Shown piece by piece: positions 1 through 9,879 of a DNA stretch of 64,000 nt (position 1 is the stretch's first letter; each line of letters opens with the position of its first letter). The position numbers and the translations under genes are program-made. This DNA comes from an uncultured bacterium (lineage in GTDB: Bacteria > Acidobacteriota > Aminicenantia > Aminicenantales > CALLJL01), in the NCBI GenBank assembly GCA_938092135.1, contig CALLJL010000015.1, forward strand, positions 1,522 through 65,521, written 5' to 3'. The notes below the pieces were generated by a model that worked only from the letters and a program-made list of their open reading frames with translations, was not told the DNA's origin and did no database searches.

Positions 1-290
1 CCTTAGGCCAGGAGGTTCTATTTCCTGAAGAAAAACTGCCTCCTTTAGCCGACGGTGAATTTTATGAATATCAGCTTATTGGGGCCATTGTCAGGACCCC
101 TGATCAGAGAGAAGTCGGTCAGGTCACTAGTTTTTGGGAAATAAGAGGAAAGACTTTGATGATCGTAGAAAAAAATAAAAAGGAGATTTTAATACCCTTT
201 GAAGAAGCTATCTGTCTTTCCGTTGATGTCAAAAACAAATTGATCATCATCGATCCACCTGAGGGACTCTTGGATCTTAATGAGATTTGA
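1..290 (+). CDS. rimM: 16S rRNA processing protein RimM, C-terminal part (5' end outside the window)
   Basis: Frame-3 ORF open from the window edge; it is absent from the ORF track because there is no start in the window. The translation (..[51 protein letters not shown]) looks like a RimM PRC-barrel C-terminus. The stop TGA at 288-290 overlaps the trmD ATG at 280. rimM-trmD-rplS synteny is conserved. Confidence 0.75.
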   Translation, partial: LGQEVLFPEEKLPPLADGEFYEYQLIGAIVRTPDQREVGQVTSFWEIRGKTLMIVEKNKKEILIPFEEAICLSVDVKNKLIIIDPPEGLLDLNEI

Positions 291-1026
291 TATAATTACT
301 ATTTTTCCGGAAATCTTAAGTAGTGCTTTTAGTGCCGGGATTATTAAAAAGGCCATTGAAAAAGGATTGTTGGAGATAAAGGTGCATAACCTACGCGATT
401 ATACTCATGATAAGCATCGGCAGGTAGATGACCGTCCCTATGGAGGTGGCGAGGGAATGGTTCTCAAGCCCGAGCCCATTTTTGAAGCTGTGGAAAAAAT
501 CAAGATTTATCCCGATGCTGTGGTTTATCTTCTTTCCCCTCAGGGAAAAAGATTCACTTCCGAACTGGCCAGGCAATTGGCCACCAAAAGCCAGTTAATT
601 CTTATTTGTGGCCGCTATGAAGGGGTTGATGAAAGGGTTGCCCAATATCTAGTTGATGGCGAGCTGTCCATAGGTGATTATGTTCTAACTGGGGGAGAGC
701 CGGCTGCTTGGGTAATTGTGGACGCTGTAGCTAGGTTCATTCCTGGAGTTGTTGGCAAGCCCCAGTCGGTTATTCATGATTCCTTTTTTAATGGTCTGCT
801 AGATTATCCCCATTATACTCGGCCCCGTGAATTTCGGGGAATGAAGGTGCCCTCAGTTCTTTTTTCTGGAGATCATGAAAAAATTCTTCGCTGGCGCAAA
901 AGGAAAGCTCTTGAAAAAACTTGGCGCCTTCGACCCGATATTTTGGCTCAAAAAGAACTTTCTTCCGAAGAAAAGCGTCTGCTCGACGACATAATAAAGG
1001 AAGGGGAGAGAAATGAGTCTGATTGA
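280..1026 (+). CDS. trmD: tRNA (guanine37-N1)-methyltransferase TrmD
   Basis: 248 aa. N-terminus [11 protein letters not shown]. Motifs [12 protein letters not shown] and [12 protein letters not shown] are typical of TrmD. Position between rimM and rplS. Confidence 0.95.
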   Translation: MRFDIITIFPEILSSAFSAGIIKKAIEKGLLEIKVHNLRDYTHDKHRQVDDRPYGGGEGMVLKPEPIFEAVEKIKIYPDAVVYLLSPQGKRFTSELARQLATKSQLILICGRYEGVDERVAQYLVDGELSIGDYVLTGGEPAAWVIVDAVARFIPGVVGKPQSVIHDSFFNGLLDYPHYTRPREFRGMKVPSVLFSGDHEKILRWRKRKALEKTWRLRPDILAQKELSSEEKRLLDDIIKEGERNESD

Positions 1027-1354
1027 TTTTTTAGAAGCTAAAGAGATGCGCCGCGATTTGATTGTCCCTCGAGTTGGGGACAGGGTAAGGGTTCATGTGA
1101 TTTTAAAGGAGGGGGACAAAGAGAGAGTTCAAGTTTTTGAAGGTGATGTTATTGCCAAGAGAGGCCGCGGTCTTGGGACGACTTTTACTGTAAGGAAAAT
1201 TTCCTTTGGTGTTGGTGTCGAAAGAATTTTTCCCCTTCATTCGCCGTCTATCAAGAAAATTGAAATTGTCCGACATGGTCAGGTAAGGCGAGCCAAGCTT
1301 TATTATTTGAGGCAACTTAAAGGGAAAGCGGCCAAATTAAGAGAAGAAAAATAA
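1013..1354 (+). CDS. rplS: 50S ribosomal protein L19
   Basis: 113 aa. [53 protein letters not shown] is a canonical L19 sequence. Overlaps the trmD 3' end by 14 nt. Confidence 0.95.
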   Translation: MSLIDFLEAKEMRRDLIVPRVGDRVRVHVILKEGDKERVQVFEGDVIAKRGRGLGTTFTVRKISFGVGVERIFPLHSPSIKKIEIVRHGQVRRAKLYYLRQLKGKAAKLREEK

Positions 1355-1377
1355 AAAGCTGGCAGAAGAAGGGAGAA

Positions 1378-1998
1378 GTGGCCAGCTTCAAGATTGAAAA
1401 GTCTTTTTTAAAAAAAGGCATAGTCCATATTGCCGGCGTTGATGAGGCTGGAAGGGGGGCTCTTTTTGGACCTGTGGTGGCTGCAGCCATAATTTTGCCT
1501 CCTGATTTTTATGGACCTTCCCGCCCGCCCTGGATCGAAGAAATTGATGATTCCAAATCTCTTACTCCGAGGAAAAGGGAAAGATTAAAAGAGCTGATTG
1601 TCAAGCATGCCTTAGCTGTCGGTCTTGGGGCCGCCAGCGTCCGGGAGATTGAAAAATTGAATGTCCATAAGGCTACTCTCCTGGCTATGACGAGGGCCAT
1701 TTCTCGCCTTTCTATTGTTCCTGAGATCGTTCTGATTGATGGACTGACATGTCCATTAGAAGAAATTTTTCTTCCGCAAATAGCCATTAAAGGGGGCGAC
1801 AAATTATGTAAATCAATTGCGGCCGCTTCCATTGTGGCCAAGGTTATTAGAGATAATCTTATGATTAAAATAGATAGAATTTGCCAAGGATATAATTTAT
1901 GTGATAATAAAGGATATGGAACCAAAGCCCATTATGAAGCGCTAAAAAAGCTGGGACCAGCGCCGCTTCATCGGCGTAATTTTAAATTGAGTATTTAG
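1378..1998 (+). CDS. rnhB: Ribonuclease HII
   Basis: 206 aa with a GTG start. GVDEAGRGALFGPVVAAA catalytic motif, DDSKSLT, and SIAAASIVAKV..D typical of RNase HII. Confidence 0.9.
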   Translation: MASFKIEKSFLKKGIVHIAGVDEAGRGALFGPVVAAAIILPPDFYGPSRPPWIEEIDDSKSLTPRKRERLKELIVKHALAVGLGAASVREIEKLNVHKATLLAMTRAISRLSIVPEIVLIDGLTCPLEEIFLPQIAIKGGDKLCKSIAAASIVAKVIRDNLMIKIDRICQGYNLCDNKGYGTKAHYEALKKLGPAPLHRRNFKLSI

Positions 1999-2011
1999 AG
2001 AAGGCTTAAAA

Positions 2012-4108
2012 ATGAGCGCTAAGGGGGAACGAACCAGAATAATAGAAAAAGCTGAAAGATTTGTTCGCTCTGGTCGAATCCCAGAAGCCATTGCTGAATA
2101 CCAGAAATTATTAGAAGATGAATATCCTGAGCCATCGATTTTAAATATTGTTGGCGATTTATATCTTCGTCTTGGCGATAAACAAAAAGCTGTTAATTAT
2201 TTTAGGCAGGCAGCAGAAAGCTTCGAAAGCCGGGGTGGCTCAAGTCAGGCTTTAGCTATTGTCAAAAAAATAACTAAGGTCTTTCCAGATGATCCGGAAT
2301 TTCTTATAAAAACAGGGGACCTTCTGCGGTCTCAAGGTTTCTATCGCGAAGCAGAAAAAGAGTATCTCAAGGCAATTGAAATCCTTCGTCATCAGAAAAG
2401 ACTTCAGGAGATTATACCCATTTATGAAAAACTTGTGATTTTAAACCGAGAAAACATTGATTATCGCACTCAATTAGCTGACCTTTACGCTAGCGAGGGG
2501 AAAAGACCTGAGGCTTTAAATCAATTTAACGATATCGCTGAATTGCTTATATCTCGAAATGAACTTGAAAGGGCCCAAATAATGTTGCTTCGGGCTTATG
2601 AAATAGAACCTCTTGATGAGAGAACAGTTGGTAACTTACTTCAGGTTTTAAAGAAAAAAGGAGAAATAGATAAAGCCTTTAATTTAGTGAAGAAAATTGC
2701 TGACAAAAGTCCAGGCAATTTAACTTTTCGATATTGGCTTGGTTCATTGCATATGGATAAAAATGAAATAGAGGAAGCTCAAAAGATATTTGAATCAATT
2801 TTGGCCGAGCGCCCTACTGAAGTCAGAGCAAGAGTCCAGCTTGGTAAAGTTTTTGTCCTTCAAGGCCAGGTTGATCGTGCCTTTGAACTTTATGAGCCCC
2901 TTATTAATAGCTTACTCAAAAAAAAGAAAGAGGAAAAAGCTATCGGTCTTCTTGGGATAATTCTTTCTGGACCCTCTTTATATTTGCCAGCCCTTGAAAA
3001 ACTGGCCGCAATTTATAAAACCAGGAATGAAAGAAATAACTTAGAAGTGGTTCTCCGGGCTATCGTAGAAGAAGCCAAAAGGCAAAAAATGAAAGATAAA
3101 ATGTATGCTGCCCTTGCTGAGCTAGTTGAACTTGTGCCTTATGACGAAGATGTTCTCAAGCAATACTGGAGCCTTAGAAAGGAACTGGAACTTGAAGGAG
3201 AAGCAGGCGAATCGACCGCTGAGGTGGATGAGGAATACGAAGAACTTTTAGCCCGAGCGGATATATATATCCATCAGGGGCTTTATCGAAATGCCCGAAG
3301 GGTTCTTGAAAATCTTTCCCTGCAAAGACCCAATGATTCCCGAATAAGAGAAAGATTAGAATTAATTGATCAAGCCAAAGTTGAAATCCCTGAGGAAGAG
3401 TTGATTTTAAGGGTAGAAAAGATTTCCGTTATTGAAAGTGAAATTGAAAAGAGGCCTGGTGGAGCCCGGTCCTTTCTTTCCTTTCTCCGAGAAACTGGAG
3501 CTCTTGATGAAAAAGTTACCTCAGCCGAGATTTTTCATGGAACGGATATTCTGCCGCTCAACATTACCCCGCGAATAGAAAGGAGATTTTATGATCTTGA
3601 GGAAAAAGCAAAGGAGGAAATAGAAACGATCAAAATGGCCGTGATTAAGCAATTACAAAAGGGTCAAGGGGCGGGTGAAAAAGAATTGGCCGAAATCATT
3701 CAGGAATTTAAGCGTCAGGCAAAAGTTAAACTTGGCCTTGAAGATTATGAAACCCATTTCCAGCTCGGTCTGGCTTTCCTCGAGCAGGGATTATTCGATG
3801 AGGCTATAGAAGAGCTCATGCTCTCTGCCCAGAGCCCTGAAAAAGCTCTCGAAAGCTGTACCCTTATCGCCGAAGCCTTCAAAAGAAAGAAGGATTATAG
3901 GGAAGCTATCCACTGGCTGGAAAAATGCCTTGAGCTCTGCTTTGATGATCCCGAGAAGCTTCATTCTTTGGAATATGAAATAGCTTCTCTCTATGAAAAA
4001 TTGCAAGATCGCCCGAAGGCCCTTTCTTTTTATAATAAAATTTTAAAATGGAATTCATCCTTTAGGGACGTAGCCAAAAGAGTGGCTGCTTTGCAGCGAG
4101 CTGGCTGA
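2012..4108 (+). CDS. Tetratricopeptide (TPR) repeat protein, function unknown
   Basis: 698 aa. Repeated ~34-aa A/Y/L-patterned helical units at both ends (e.g. AIAEYQKLLEDEYPEP, LGLAFLEQGLFDEAIEEL, ASLYEKLQDRPKALSFYNKILKWN) around an acidic coiled middle. No signal peptide seen. Confidence 0.6.
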   Translation: MSAKGERTRIIEKAERFVRSGRIPEAIAEYQKLLEDEYPEPSILNIVGDLYLRLGDKQKAVNYFRQAAESFESRGGSSQALAIVKKITKVFPDDPEFLIKTGDLLRSQGFYREAEKEYLKAIEILRHQKRLQEIIPIYEKLVILNRENIDYRTQLADLYASEGKRPEALNQFNDIAELLISRNELERAQIMLLRAYEIEPLDERTVGNLLQVLKKKGEIDKAFNLVKKIADKSPGNLTFRYWLGSLHMDKNEIEEAQKIFESILAERPTEVRARVQLGKVFVLQGQVDRAFELYEPLINSLLKKKKEEKAIGLLGIILSGPSLYLPALEKLAAIYKTRNERNNLEVVLRAIVEEAKRQKMKDKMYAALAELVELVPYDEDVLKQYWSLRKELELEGEAGESTAEVDEEYEELLARADIYIHQGLYRNARRVLENLSLQRPNDSRIRERLELIDQAKVEIPEEELILRVEKISVIESEIEKRPGGARSFLSFLRETGALDEKVTSAEIFHGTDILPLNITPRIERRFYDLEEKAKEEIETIKMAVIKQLQKGQGAGEKELAEIIQEFKRQAKVKLGLEDYETHFQLGLAFLEQGLFDEAIEELMLSAQSPEKALESCTLIAEAFKRKKDYREAIHWLEKCLELCFDDPEKLHSLEYEIASLYEKLQDRPKALSFYNKILKWNSSFRDVAKRVAALQRAG

Positions 4109-4115
4109 AAAATTT

Positions 4116-6431
4116 TTATTTGATTTCGATGGTGGCTGCCTGTCCTTCCCGATTGTAAGAATTAAAGGCGACAATAGAATAAACATAAGCCTTGTCTGGT
4201 TTTACGCCTCTATCGAAAAAAACAAAGGTGGAGGAGTCAACTTCCCCGATGGGTTCTCTCTTATCTTTTTCCTCCCGATAGAGGCGATAACCCTTAACGT
4301 CCTGATTGGCAGGATTTGGTTCCCAACGAATAATATTTATATATTCTTTCATCAAAAGGGAGCGATTCTCTTTTCTTTCACCAGTAGCATTCAAAGGGGC
4401 TAAAATTAAATCCTGAAGTTTTCCCCGACAGGGTGATTCGGCTGGCCAGAGAAAGAACTCCTTTTGGCCATTAACTAAAGCTGTGTAAGCGATGAAGGAA
4501 TTACTTTGTTTTGCCAGAAAACCACCTGGTGGCAATGTATAAATTTTTTCCTCATAAATATCCCAGGGTTCATTTAAAGAGCGATTAACATAAATTACCA
4601 AATCGTTATCGTACTCAATTTTAAGCCTGTTCAATCTGCTCCAGAGAAAGAATTCAGGTTCAGGTCCTGGACAAAAAGGTAGCAGGCGGCGAAGAGAATC
4701 AGAAAGGGAAAAGAATTCGCCATTGACTTCATAAAAAATTGCTCTAACTGAAGCAGGTAAATATTTAGTTTGAAGATGTTTGAGAAAACAGTATTCCCGA
4801 AGAATTTCTTCGGGAAAAAACTCTATTTCTGGTGAAAGTTGAATGTACCCAGCATGACCGAAGGCAATTTCTGTCGCTCGATAATATTGGAAAAATTCCT
4901 CAGGAATAGGCCTGATGTCTAGGGCAAATCTTTCTCCAAGACCAACGCCATAGGGAACAAAACGCTCGTGGAGAACCTTAAGTTTGTAATCAACAATAGG
5001 AGGAATAGCATAGCCCCTAATGCCTTTATCTAAGGAATGAATAGACCGGGGATCAGCTTCGAAGGAATCGATGTAACCAGCCCAGATGTTGGCCGCATAT
5101 CCATAGCCTTCTCCAGCGACTGGGCCCTGATGAATTTCTCTTACGGCATCGAAGAGCTGGCAATAAGCTAAAAAGGTGGACACTTGACGGCCTGATCCCT
5201 CAATACGGGCATCATAATCAACTTTAAAGGAAGGCAAAATGGCCGTATGCACATCGAGGAAAGCGGCCGAAGTATCATATCCTTCGTGTATCATGGACTC
5301 ATAAAGACTAGCATAAAAAACAGCCTTTGTGGGCTTAAGCAGATAGCTCTGGATACCTAAGAGGGAATTAAACCAGGAAAGAGTCATTTTTCCTTGGGAA
5401 TCGAGGGCCACATCGGCTGGATTCCAGACATCTGAATTGGGATAAAAATCGACATAATTGGTGTGGAGCCCAAAACGGTAGCCTAATTGACGGCAGAGAT
5501 TAGCAATTCTCTTAAGATTCTCGTGGCCGCCATACATTTCTCCAGCAGGATAGGTGGAGGGTAATCCATTGTCATACCCGTATTTTTGCCAGAAATGAAG
5601 AATAACTAAAAAATCGCGGAAGTTGAAGGAAGCCAACCATCGAAGGAAATTTTCTTCTTCCTTGAAGGAATAGAGCCATAGATCAACCACAACCCGACGG
5701 ACTAAATCCTCGCGGAAGGCTGAACGAACGGGTGGGGGGATGAAAAAAGTATCCTCAATCCAGGGAGAAACAGTGATCCTCAGCCTTTCTTTCAGGGGAT
5801 TCCTCTGACCGTTGGAGAGGGGAAAATACCAGGCAACATACCCGAAGGCAGCTGATTCAGAAGTGACAGGCTGATGAATTGGTACGAGCCAGGATGAATT
5901 GGAAAAGAAAGGATCAATAATAGCCGAAACAAAGTAGCCCTGGGAAAATAGAACAGGATGGCCAAAAGGAAGCTCAATTATCTTGGGGTCAGGTGTGGCC
6001 TCAGATCGGTCGGTACTGAAAGTAATAACATTGAGAAAAGGGGAGAGAACCTCTGTTTCAATTAGCAAAGTTTTGTTTTCAAGCTTAAGTTTTAAAACAA
6101 AATCAAAAGATTCGGAGGAGAAACGCCAGCGGAAATGGGCTACATAAAAGCCTGCCTCATCAAAGGAGGCCCCTAAAAACTCCTTTTGATGGCTTTCCCC
6201 CCAAGCAAAAAGCAGGCGACCACCCAGGAAGAAAGAGGTAATACCGCCATAGTTGCAGGGACGAAAGGTGAAACCACTCGAAGTAATCACCTCAAGATCA
6301 TGGAGGGTTCCGGTCGAGGGCTGATAGCGATAGGTCACGGTTACTTCCCCTGAACTCCAGGTAAAATCAAGGCCAATCAAATGGGAGCAAAAAATAAAAA
6401 AAATAACTATAAAAAAATAGGGCTTCATCAT
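4116..6431 (-). CDS. Secreted protein of unknown function with C-terminal fibronectin type III-like domain; possible glycoside-hydrolase-like central region
   Basis: 771 aa. N-terminal hydrophobic signal MMKPYFFIVIFFIFCSHLIG. The last ~90 aa (IIRWEPNPANQDVKGYRLYREE...YVYSIVAFNSYNREG) are FN3-like. The central region (HFWQKYGYDNGLP..GLHTNYVDFYP) is reminiscent of TIM-barrel GH-like folds, but I do not recognise a family. Confidence 0.4.
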   Translation of the reverse strand: MMKPYFFIVIFFIFCSHLIGLDFTWSSGEVTVTYRYQPSTGTLHDLEVITSSGFTFRPCNYGGITSFFLGGRLLFAWGESHQKEFLGASFDEAGFYVAHFRWRFSSESFDFVLKLKLENKTLLIETEVLSPFLNVITFSTDRSEATPDPKIIELPFGHPVLFSQGYFVSAIIDPFFSNSSWLVPIHQPVTSESAAFGYVAWYFPLSNGQRNPLKERLRITVSPWIEDTFFIPPPVRSAFREDLVRRVVVDLWLYSFKEEENFLRWLASFNFRDFLVILHFWQKYGYDNGLPSTYPAGEMYGGHENLKRIANLCRQLGYRFGLHTNYVDFYPNSDVWNPADVALDSQGKMTLSWFNSLLGIQSYLLKPTKAVFYASLYESMIHEGYDTSAAFLDVHTAILPSFKVDYDARIEGSGRQVSTFLAYCQLFDAVREIHQGPVAGEGYGYAANIWAGYIDSFEADPRSIHSLDKGIRGYAIPPIVDYKLKVLHERFVPYGVGLGERFALDIRPIPEEFFQYYRATEIAFGHAGYIQLSPEIEFFPEEILREYCFLKHLQTKYLPASVRAIFYEVNGEFFSLSDSLRRLLPFCPGPEPEFFLWSRLNRLKIEYDNDLVIYVNRSLNEPWDIYEEKIYTLPPGGFLAKQSNSFIAYTALVNGQKEFFLWPAESPCRGKLQDLILAPLNATGERKENRSLLMKEYINIIRWEPNPANQDVKGYRLYREEKDKREPIGEVDSSTFVFFDRGVKPDKAYVYSIVAFNSYNREGQAATIEIK

Positions 6432-6556
6432 TCGCGGATTAAAAATTGATGGCTCAGATTTAAATTTACCACGCTTATTTTTTTATTATTTTTGGCCAAA
6501 AAAATCACCAAAAAAATTGCCATCAAATAATAATAATTCCTCCAATATATTATATA

Positions 6557-6585
6557 TTGACAAACATTTTTGGCTTTTTAATAAT
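6557..6585 (+). promoter_or_regulatory. Putative sigma-70 promoter of the TonB-dependent receptor gene
   Basis: TTGACA (6557-6562), then a 16-17 nt spacer, then TAATAAT (6579-6585). About 100 nt upstream of the ATG at 6688, which is preceded by AAAGGAGG. Confidence 0.45.
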
Positions 6586-6687
6586 GGCGGAAGCTAAAAA
6601 TATATTTTATATTAAAGGAGGTGAGAGCCAAAAAAAAAGAATTCAAAGAAGTGGTTTAAATTAGATCGAGTTTAAAAGGAGGTAAAA

Positions 6688-9600
6688 ATGAAAAGACTTC
6701 TAATAATTTCCGTTATAATGACATTGGCCCTTTATTCTTTCTTAGCAGCGCAGGGTACCAGCAAAGATACTGGAAACATTCGCGGCTTTGTTAAGGACAA
6801 TGAAGGTAATCCTTTGCCTGGAGTAACCATCACTGTTTCCGGGCCGGCGATTATGGGTACAAGGAGCACTGTGACCAATGAAGAAGGGGCTTTTCGGGTT
6901 CCTCTTCTTCCTGTTGGTGTTTACAGCATCACTGCTGAGCTTCAGGGCTTTCAGAAGGTGAAGAGGGAAAATATTGAAGTAACCCTAGGCGGAACAGTGA
7001 CGGTAACAATTGAAATGATACCAGCTAAAGTAGAAGAAGAAATTACGGTCACGGCGGCTTCTCCTGTAGTCGATGTTAAGACTTCAGCCATAGCCAACGT
7101 TTATAAGTCGGATCTTTTACTCAATTTGCCGATAGGTCGGGCTTTAGGGAATGTGGTTACCCTGGCTCCTGGTGTTGTCAGTTCATCCCAGGTAAGAGGT
7201 GGTACGGCAGCGAATACAATTTATCAGGTGGATGGACTTTATGCTAACGACCCTGATAATGCTCAGCTTGGAGTTAATGTGGATTTCAACATCATGGAAG
7301 AAGTCAATGTGATGACAGGTGGAATGCCTGCAGAGGTTGGTATTAGCTCCGGTGCTTTCGTTAATGTAGTTACCAAATCAGGCGGAAATAAATTTTCAGG
7401 TCTCATTGATTTTATTTATACAAATGACAGCATGTCGAAGCCGGTTCTTCCTGAAAATCATTTGCGGGCTCTCGGGTTAGGTCGTCCGACAGTGGCTCTC
7501 TATAATTATTCGACTTCCTTCAGTTTGGGCGGCCCCATAGTCAGGGATAAGGTGTGGTTTTTTGTTAATGGTCGGTATGGTCGAAGCGAGACGCCCAGCG
7601 GTTTTGTTAAATGGACAGCCCCCACTGGAGTGACTTATGATGAATTTAATCGTAAAAGCTGGAACTGGGGTGGTTTCGCTAAATTAACCTTTCAGCCTCG
7701 TCAGAATTTACGACTCGTTCTTAATGCCAACGCCCGTGAATCCTATATTAATACTCGAGCCAGCGGTCTTTTTATGCCTGCCGACTGCCATTATCATGAT
7801 GATCCCTGGGGCAATTACAATGGTTTTGGCGCTTTAACTTGGATTGTTGATCCTAATACTTATGTTGAAGTTCGGGGTGGTTATCTTACAGTCGATGCTT
7901 GGTTAACCCTCGTTCGAGACGAGCTTGATGATATTCCATCTTATTATGATGCCTATACAGGATATTATTTTGGTTCAGGCTATAGGCCAAATGACTGGGT
8001 AGGTCGACCCTCTACTCAGGCCTCAATTCATTTCACTCGTTTTCAAGATAATTTTCTCGGTGGCGATCACGAATTTAAAGCTGGAGTGGAAGTTGTTACC
8101 GGAGCTGGTAATTGGGCTTCCTGGAAGCGTAACCCCATTAGAATTACATATTATAATGGCAGCCCTTATTACTGGCGTGGACTTTATGGGTTGACAGGAC
8201 CCCATCCAACTTATGGCGATGGCCAAATCCTTCTTTATGTCATTGGCCAGAAAAGGGAAAACAGCGTGGCCAAAGCGGCGAATATTCGCTATTCTGGCTA
8301 TATCCAGGATTCCTGGACCATCAAACATCGGTTAACCATCAACCTTGGTCTTCGATATGATCTTGAACGTGGCTGGATTCCTGATATTTATAAGGAAAGA
8401 AGCGGTGGTATTAGTTATTCCGTTGGTGAAGCTACACTAAAGGCTCTCTATGGTATGAATCCCTATGATGAATTCAGGCAGGAAGGAGTGGATGATTTTA
8501 TTAAGTGGAGCTTATTTACTCCAAGAATTGGAATTACCTATGATTTATTTGGTAATGGCAAGACGGCTCTTAAACTTCAAATTGGCCGCTTCTCCAGCTG
8601 GCTCTATTCTTCTTTCTTTATGAGCTACAACCCCATTCGGCTGAGCTCTTATACATTTAATTGGTGGGATCTGAATGGTAATGGTAAGCCCGATGAGGCT
8701 GGAGTGGATAAATATGTAGTTGTGACGACAAGGAGTCCCTTAGTCATGCTTCGGGATTACTGGAGCCGGCTTGTAGATAAAAACCTCAAGGCCACTTACG
8801 ATGATCAAATAACCATTGGCATCGACCATGAGCTTTTCCCCAATTTCCGCGTTGGTTTGAGCTATCAATACAAACACAAGAAAAATATTGTAGATGATGC
8901 GCTCTATGATTTTAATACCGGAACTTTCTGGTACATGCCCGATAGCCCCTACTGGGTCCCCTTTACGACGACCGTGCCAGCGATCGATCACTTTCCTGCA
9001 GCTCAGGTTACGCTTTATTATCCCACCAAAAATGCCCCTGAGATGTTAAGATTGCTCACGAATATTCCTGAAGCCTATCGCAAGTACTGGGGTTTTGATT
9101 TCACCTTTGAAAAGAGGTTTTCCCATGGCTGGCACCTTGGTGGTTCTGTAACTTATTCCAAAACTTGGGGCAATCACCCTGGCGATTATGCCAATATTTT
9201 TGGTTATGCGGCGACTGGTAATACGGCTAACTGGGTAGTTAACAACGAAGGTCGTTTAGGTGATGATAGGCCTCTGGTCATTAAGCTCTATGGCACCTTC
9301 AACCTTCCCTATGGTTTTGTCGCTTCTTTTTATTACAATCATTATAGCGGAACACCTTGGCAGCGAACCTGCACAATTTATGTTCCTTCGGCCTGGGCAG
9401 CAGCGAATAATGTCGACACAGTTAGAGGCGCTTCTTATACGGTGAATGTAGAGCCTCTGGGAAGCCGAAGAAATTATACCTATCAGAACTGTGATGCCCG
9501 AGTTGATAAGAGGTTCAATCTTAGTCGGTTTGGTTATTTCAGTGTGATTTTTGAAGTTTACAATCTCTTTGGAACCCATTATGTCAATGTGACTCAGAAT

Positions 9601-9735
9601 CCCGGTGGTACCTGGCGACCTATCGATAACAATACTAGTGTTGGTACCTATACACCTTCAGCTAATTATAAAAGAGTAACCAGTATTAGCAATCTCTCCC
9701 GCACCTTCCAGATTTCATTGCGATACGGCTTCTAA
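6688..9735 (+). CDS. TonB-dependent outer-membrane receptor with N-terminal carboxypeptidase-regulatory-like domain (Oar-like)
   Basis: 1015 aa. Signal peptide; GNIRGFVKDNEGNPLPGVTITVSGP...EGAFRVPLLPVGVYSITAEL is a CarboxypepD_reg fold. A plug-like region follows (TVTAASPVVDV..., GGTAANTIYQVDG), then a long beta-rich barrel ending in the aromatic terminal motif LRYGF. Confidence 0.85.
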   Translation: MKRLLIISVIMTLALYSFLAAQGTSKDTGNIRGFVKDNEGNPLPGVTITVSGPAIMGTRSTVTNEEGAFRVPLLPVGVYSITAELQGFQKVKRENIEVTLGGTVTVTIEMIPAKVEEEITVTAASPVVDVKTSAIANVYKSDLLLNLPIGRALGNVVTLAPGVVSSSQVRGGTAANTIYQVDGLYANDPDNAQLGVNVDFNIMEEVNVMTGGMPAEVGISSGAFVNVVTKSGGNKFSGLIDFIYTNDSMSKPVLPENHLRALGLGRPTVALYNYSTSFSLGGPIVRDKVWFFVNGRYGRSETPSGFVKWTAPTGVTYDEFNRKSWNWGGFAKLTFQPRQNLRLVLNANARESYINTRASGLFMPADCHYHDDPWGNYNGFGALTWIVDPNTYVEVRGGYLTVDAWLTLVRDELDDIPSYYDAYTGYYFGSGYRPNDWVGRPSTQASIHFTRFQDNFLGGDHEFKAGVEVVTGAGNWASWKRNPIRITYYNGSPYYWRGLYGLTGPHPTYGDGQILLYVIGQKRENSVAKAANIRYSGYIQDSWTIKHRLTINLGLRYDLERGWIPDIYKERSGGISYSVGEATLKALYGMNPYDEFRQEGVDDFIKWSLFTPRIGITYDLFGNGKTALKLQIGRFSSWLYSSFFMSYNPIRLSSYTFNWWDLNGNGKPDEAGVDKYVVVTTRSPLVMLRDYWSRLVDKNLKATYDDQITIGIDHELFPNFRVGLSYQYKHKKNIVDDALYDFNTGTFWYMPDSPYWVPFTTTVPAIDHFPAAQVTLYYPTKNAPEMLRLLTNIPEAYRKYWGFDFTFEKRFSHGWHLGGSVTYSKTWGNHPGDYANIFGYAATGNTANWVVNNEGRLGDDRPLVIKLYGTFNLPYGFVASFYYNHYSGTPWQRTCTIYVPSAWAAANNVDTVRGASYTVNVEPLGSRRNYTYQNCDARVDKRFNLSRFGYFSVIFEVYNLFGTHYVNVTQNPGGTWRPIDNNTSVGTYTPSANYKRVTSISNLSRTFQISLRYGF

Positions 9736-9750
9736 GGACTGATGGTTAGA

Positions 9751-9782
9751 GGGGAGAGGGGTGGAAATAGACTCCTCTCCCC
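9751..9782 (+). terminator. Putative intrinsic terminator downstream of the receptor gene
   Basis: Perfect 9-bp GC-rich inverted repeat GGGGAGAGG (9751-9759) / CCTCTCCCC (9774-9782) with a 14-nt loop, followed by TTACTCATTTT. Lies between convergent genes. Confidence 0.55.
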
Positions 9783-9879
9783 TTACTCATTTTCCAGCTA
9801 TAATTTCAAAAAGTAAAATTATTTAGAGTTTTGAAGAAAAAAGATTAATTATATAATCAATTTGAGAGGAAATTTCTTT

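Noticed and set aside
6586-6687. The ~100-nt leader of the TonB-dependent receptor gene contains a second SD-like AAAGGAGGTGAGAGCC. I considered a uORF or a riboswitch.
   Set aside because: There is no properly spaced start codon after the first SD-like element. The leader is too short and too AT-rich for known cobalamin, TPP or metal riboswitch folds, and I see no conserved helices.
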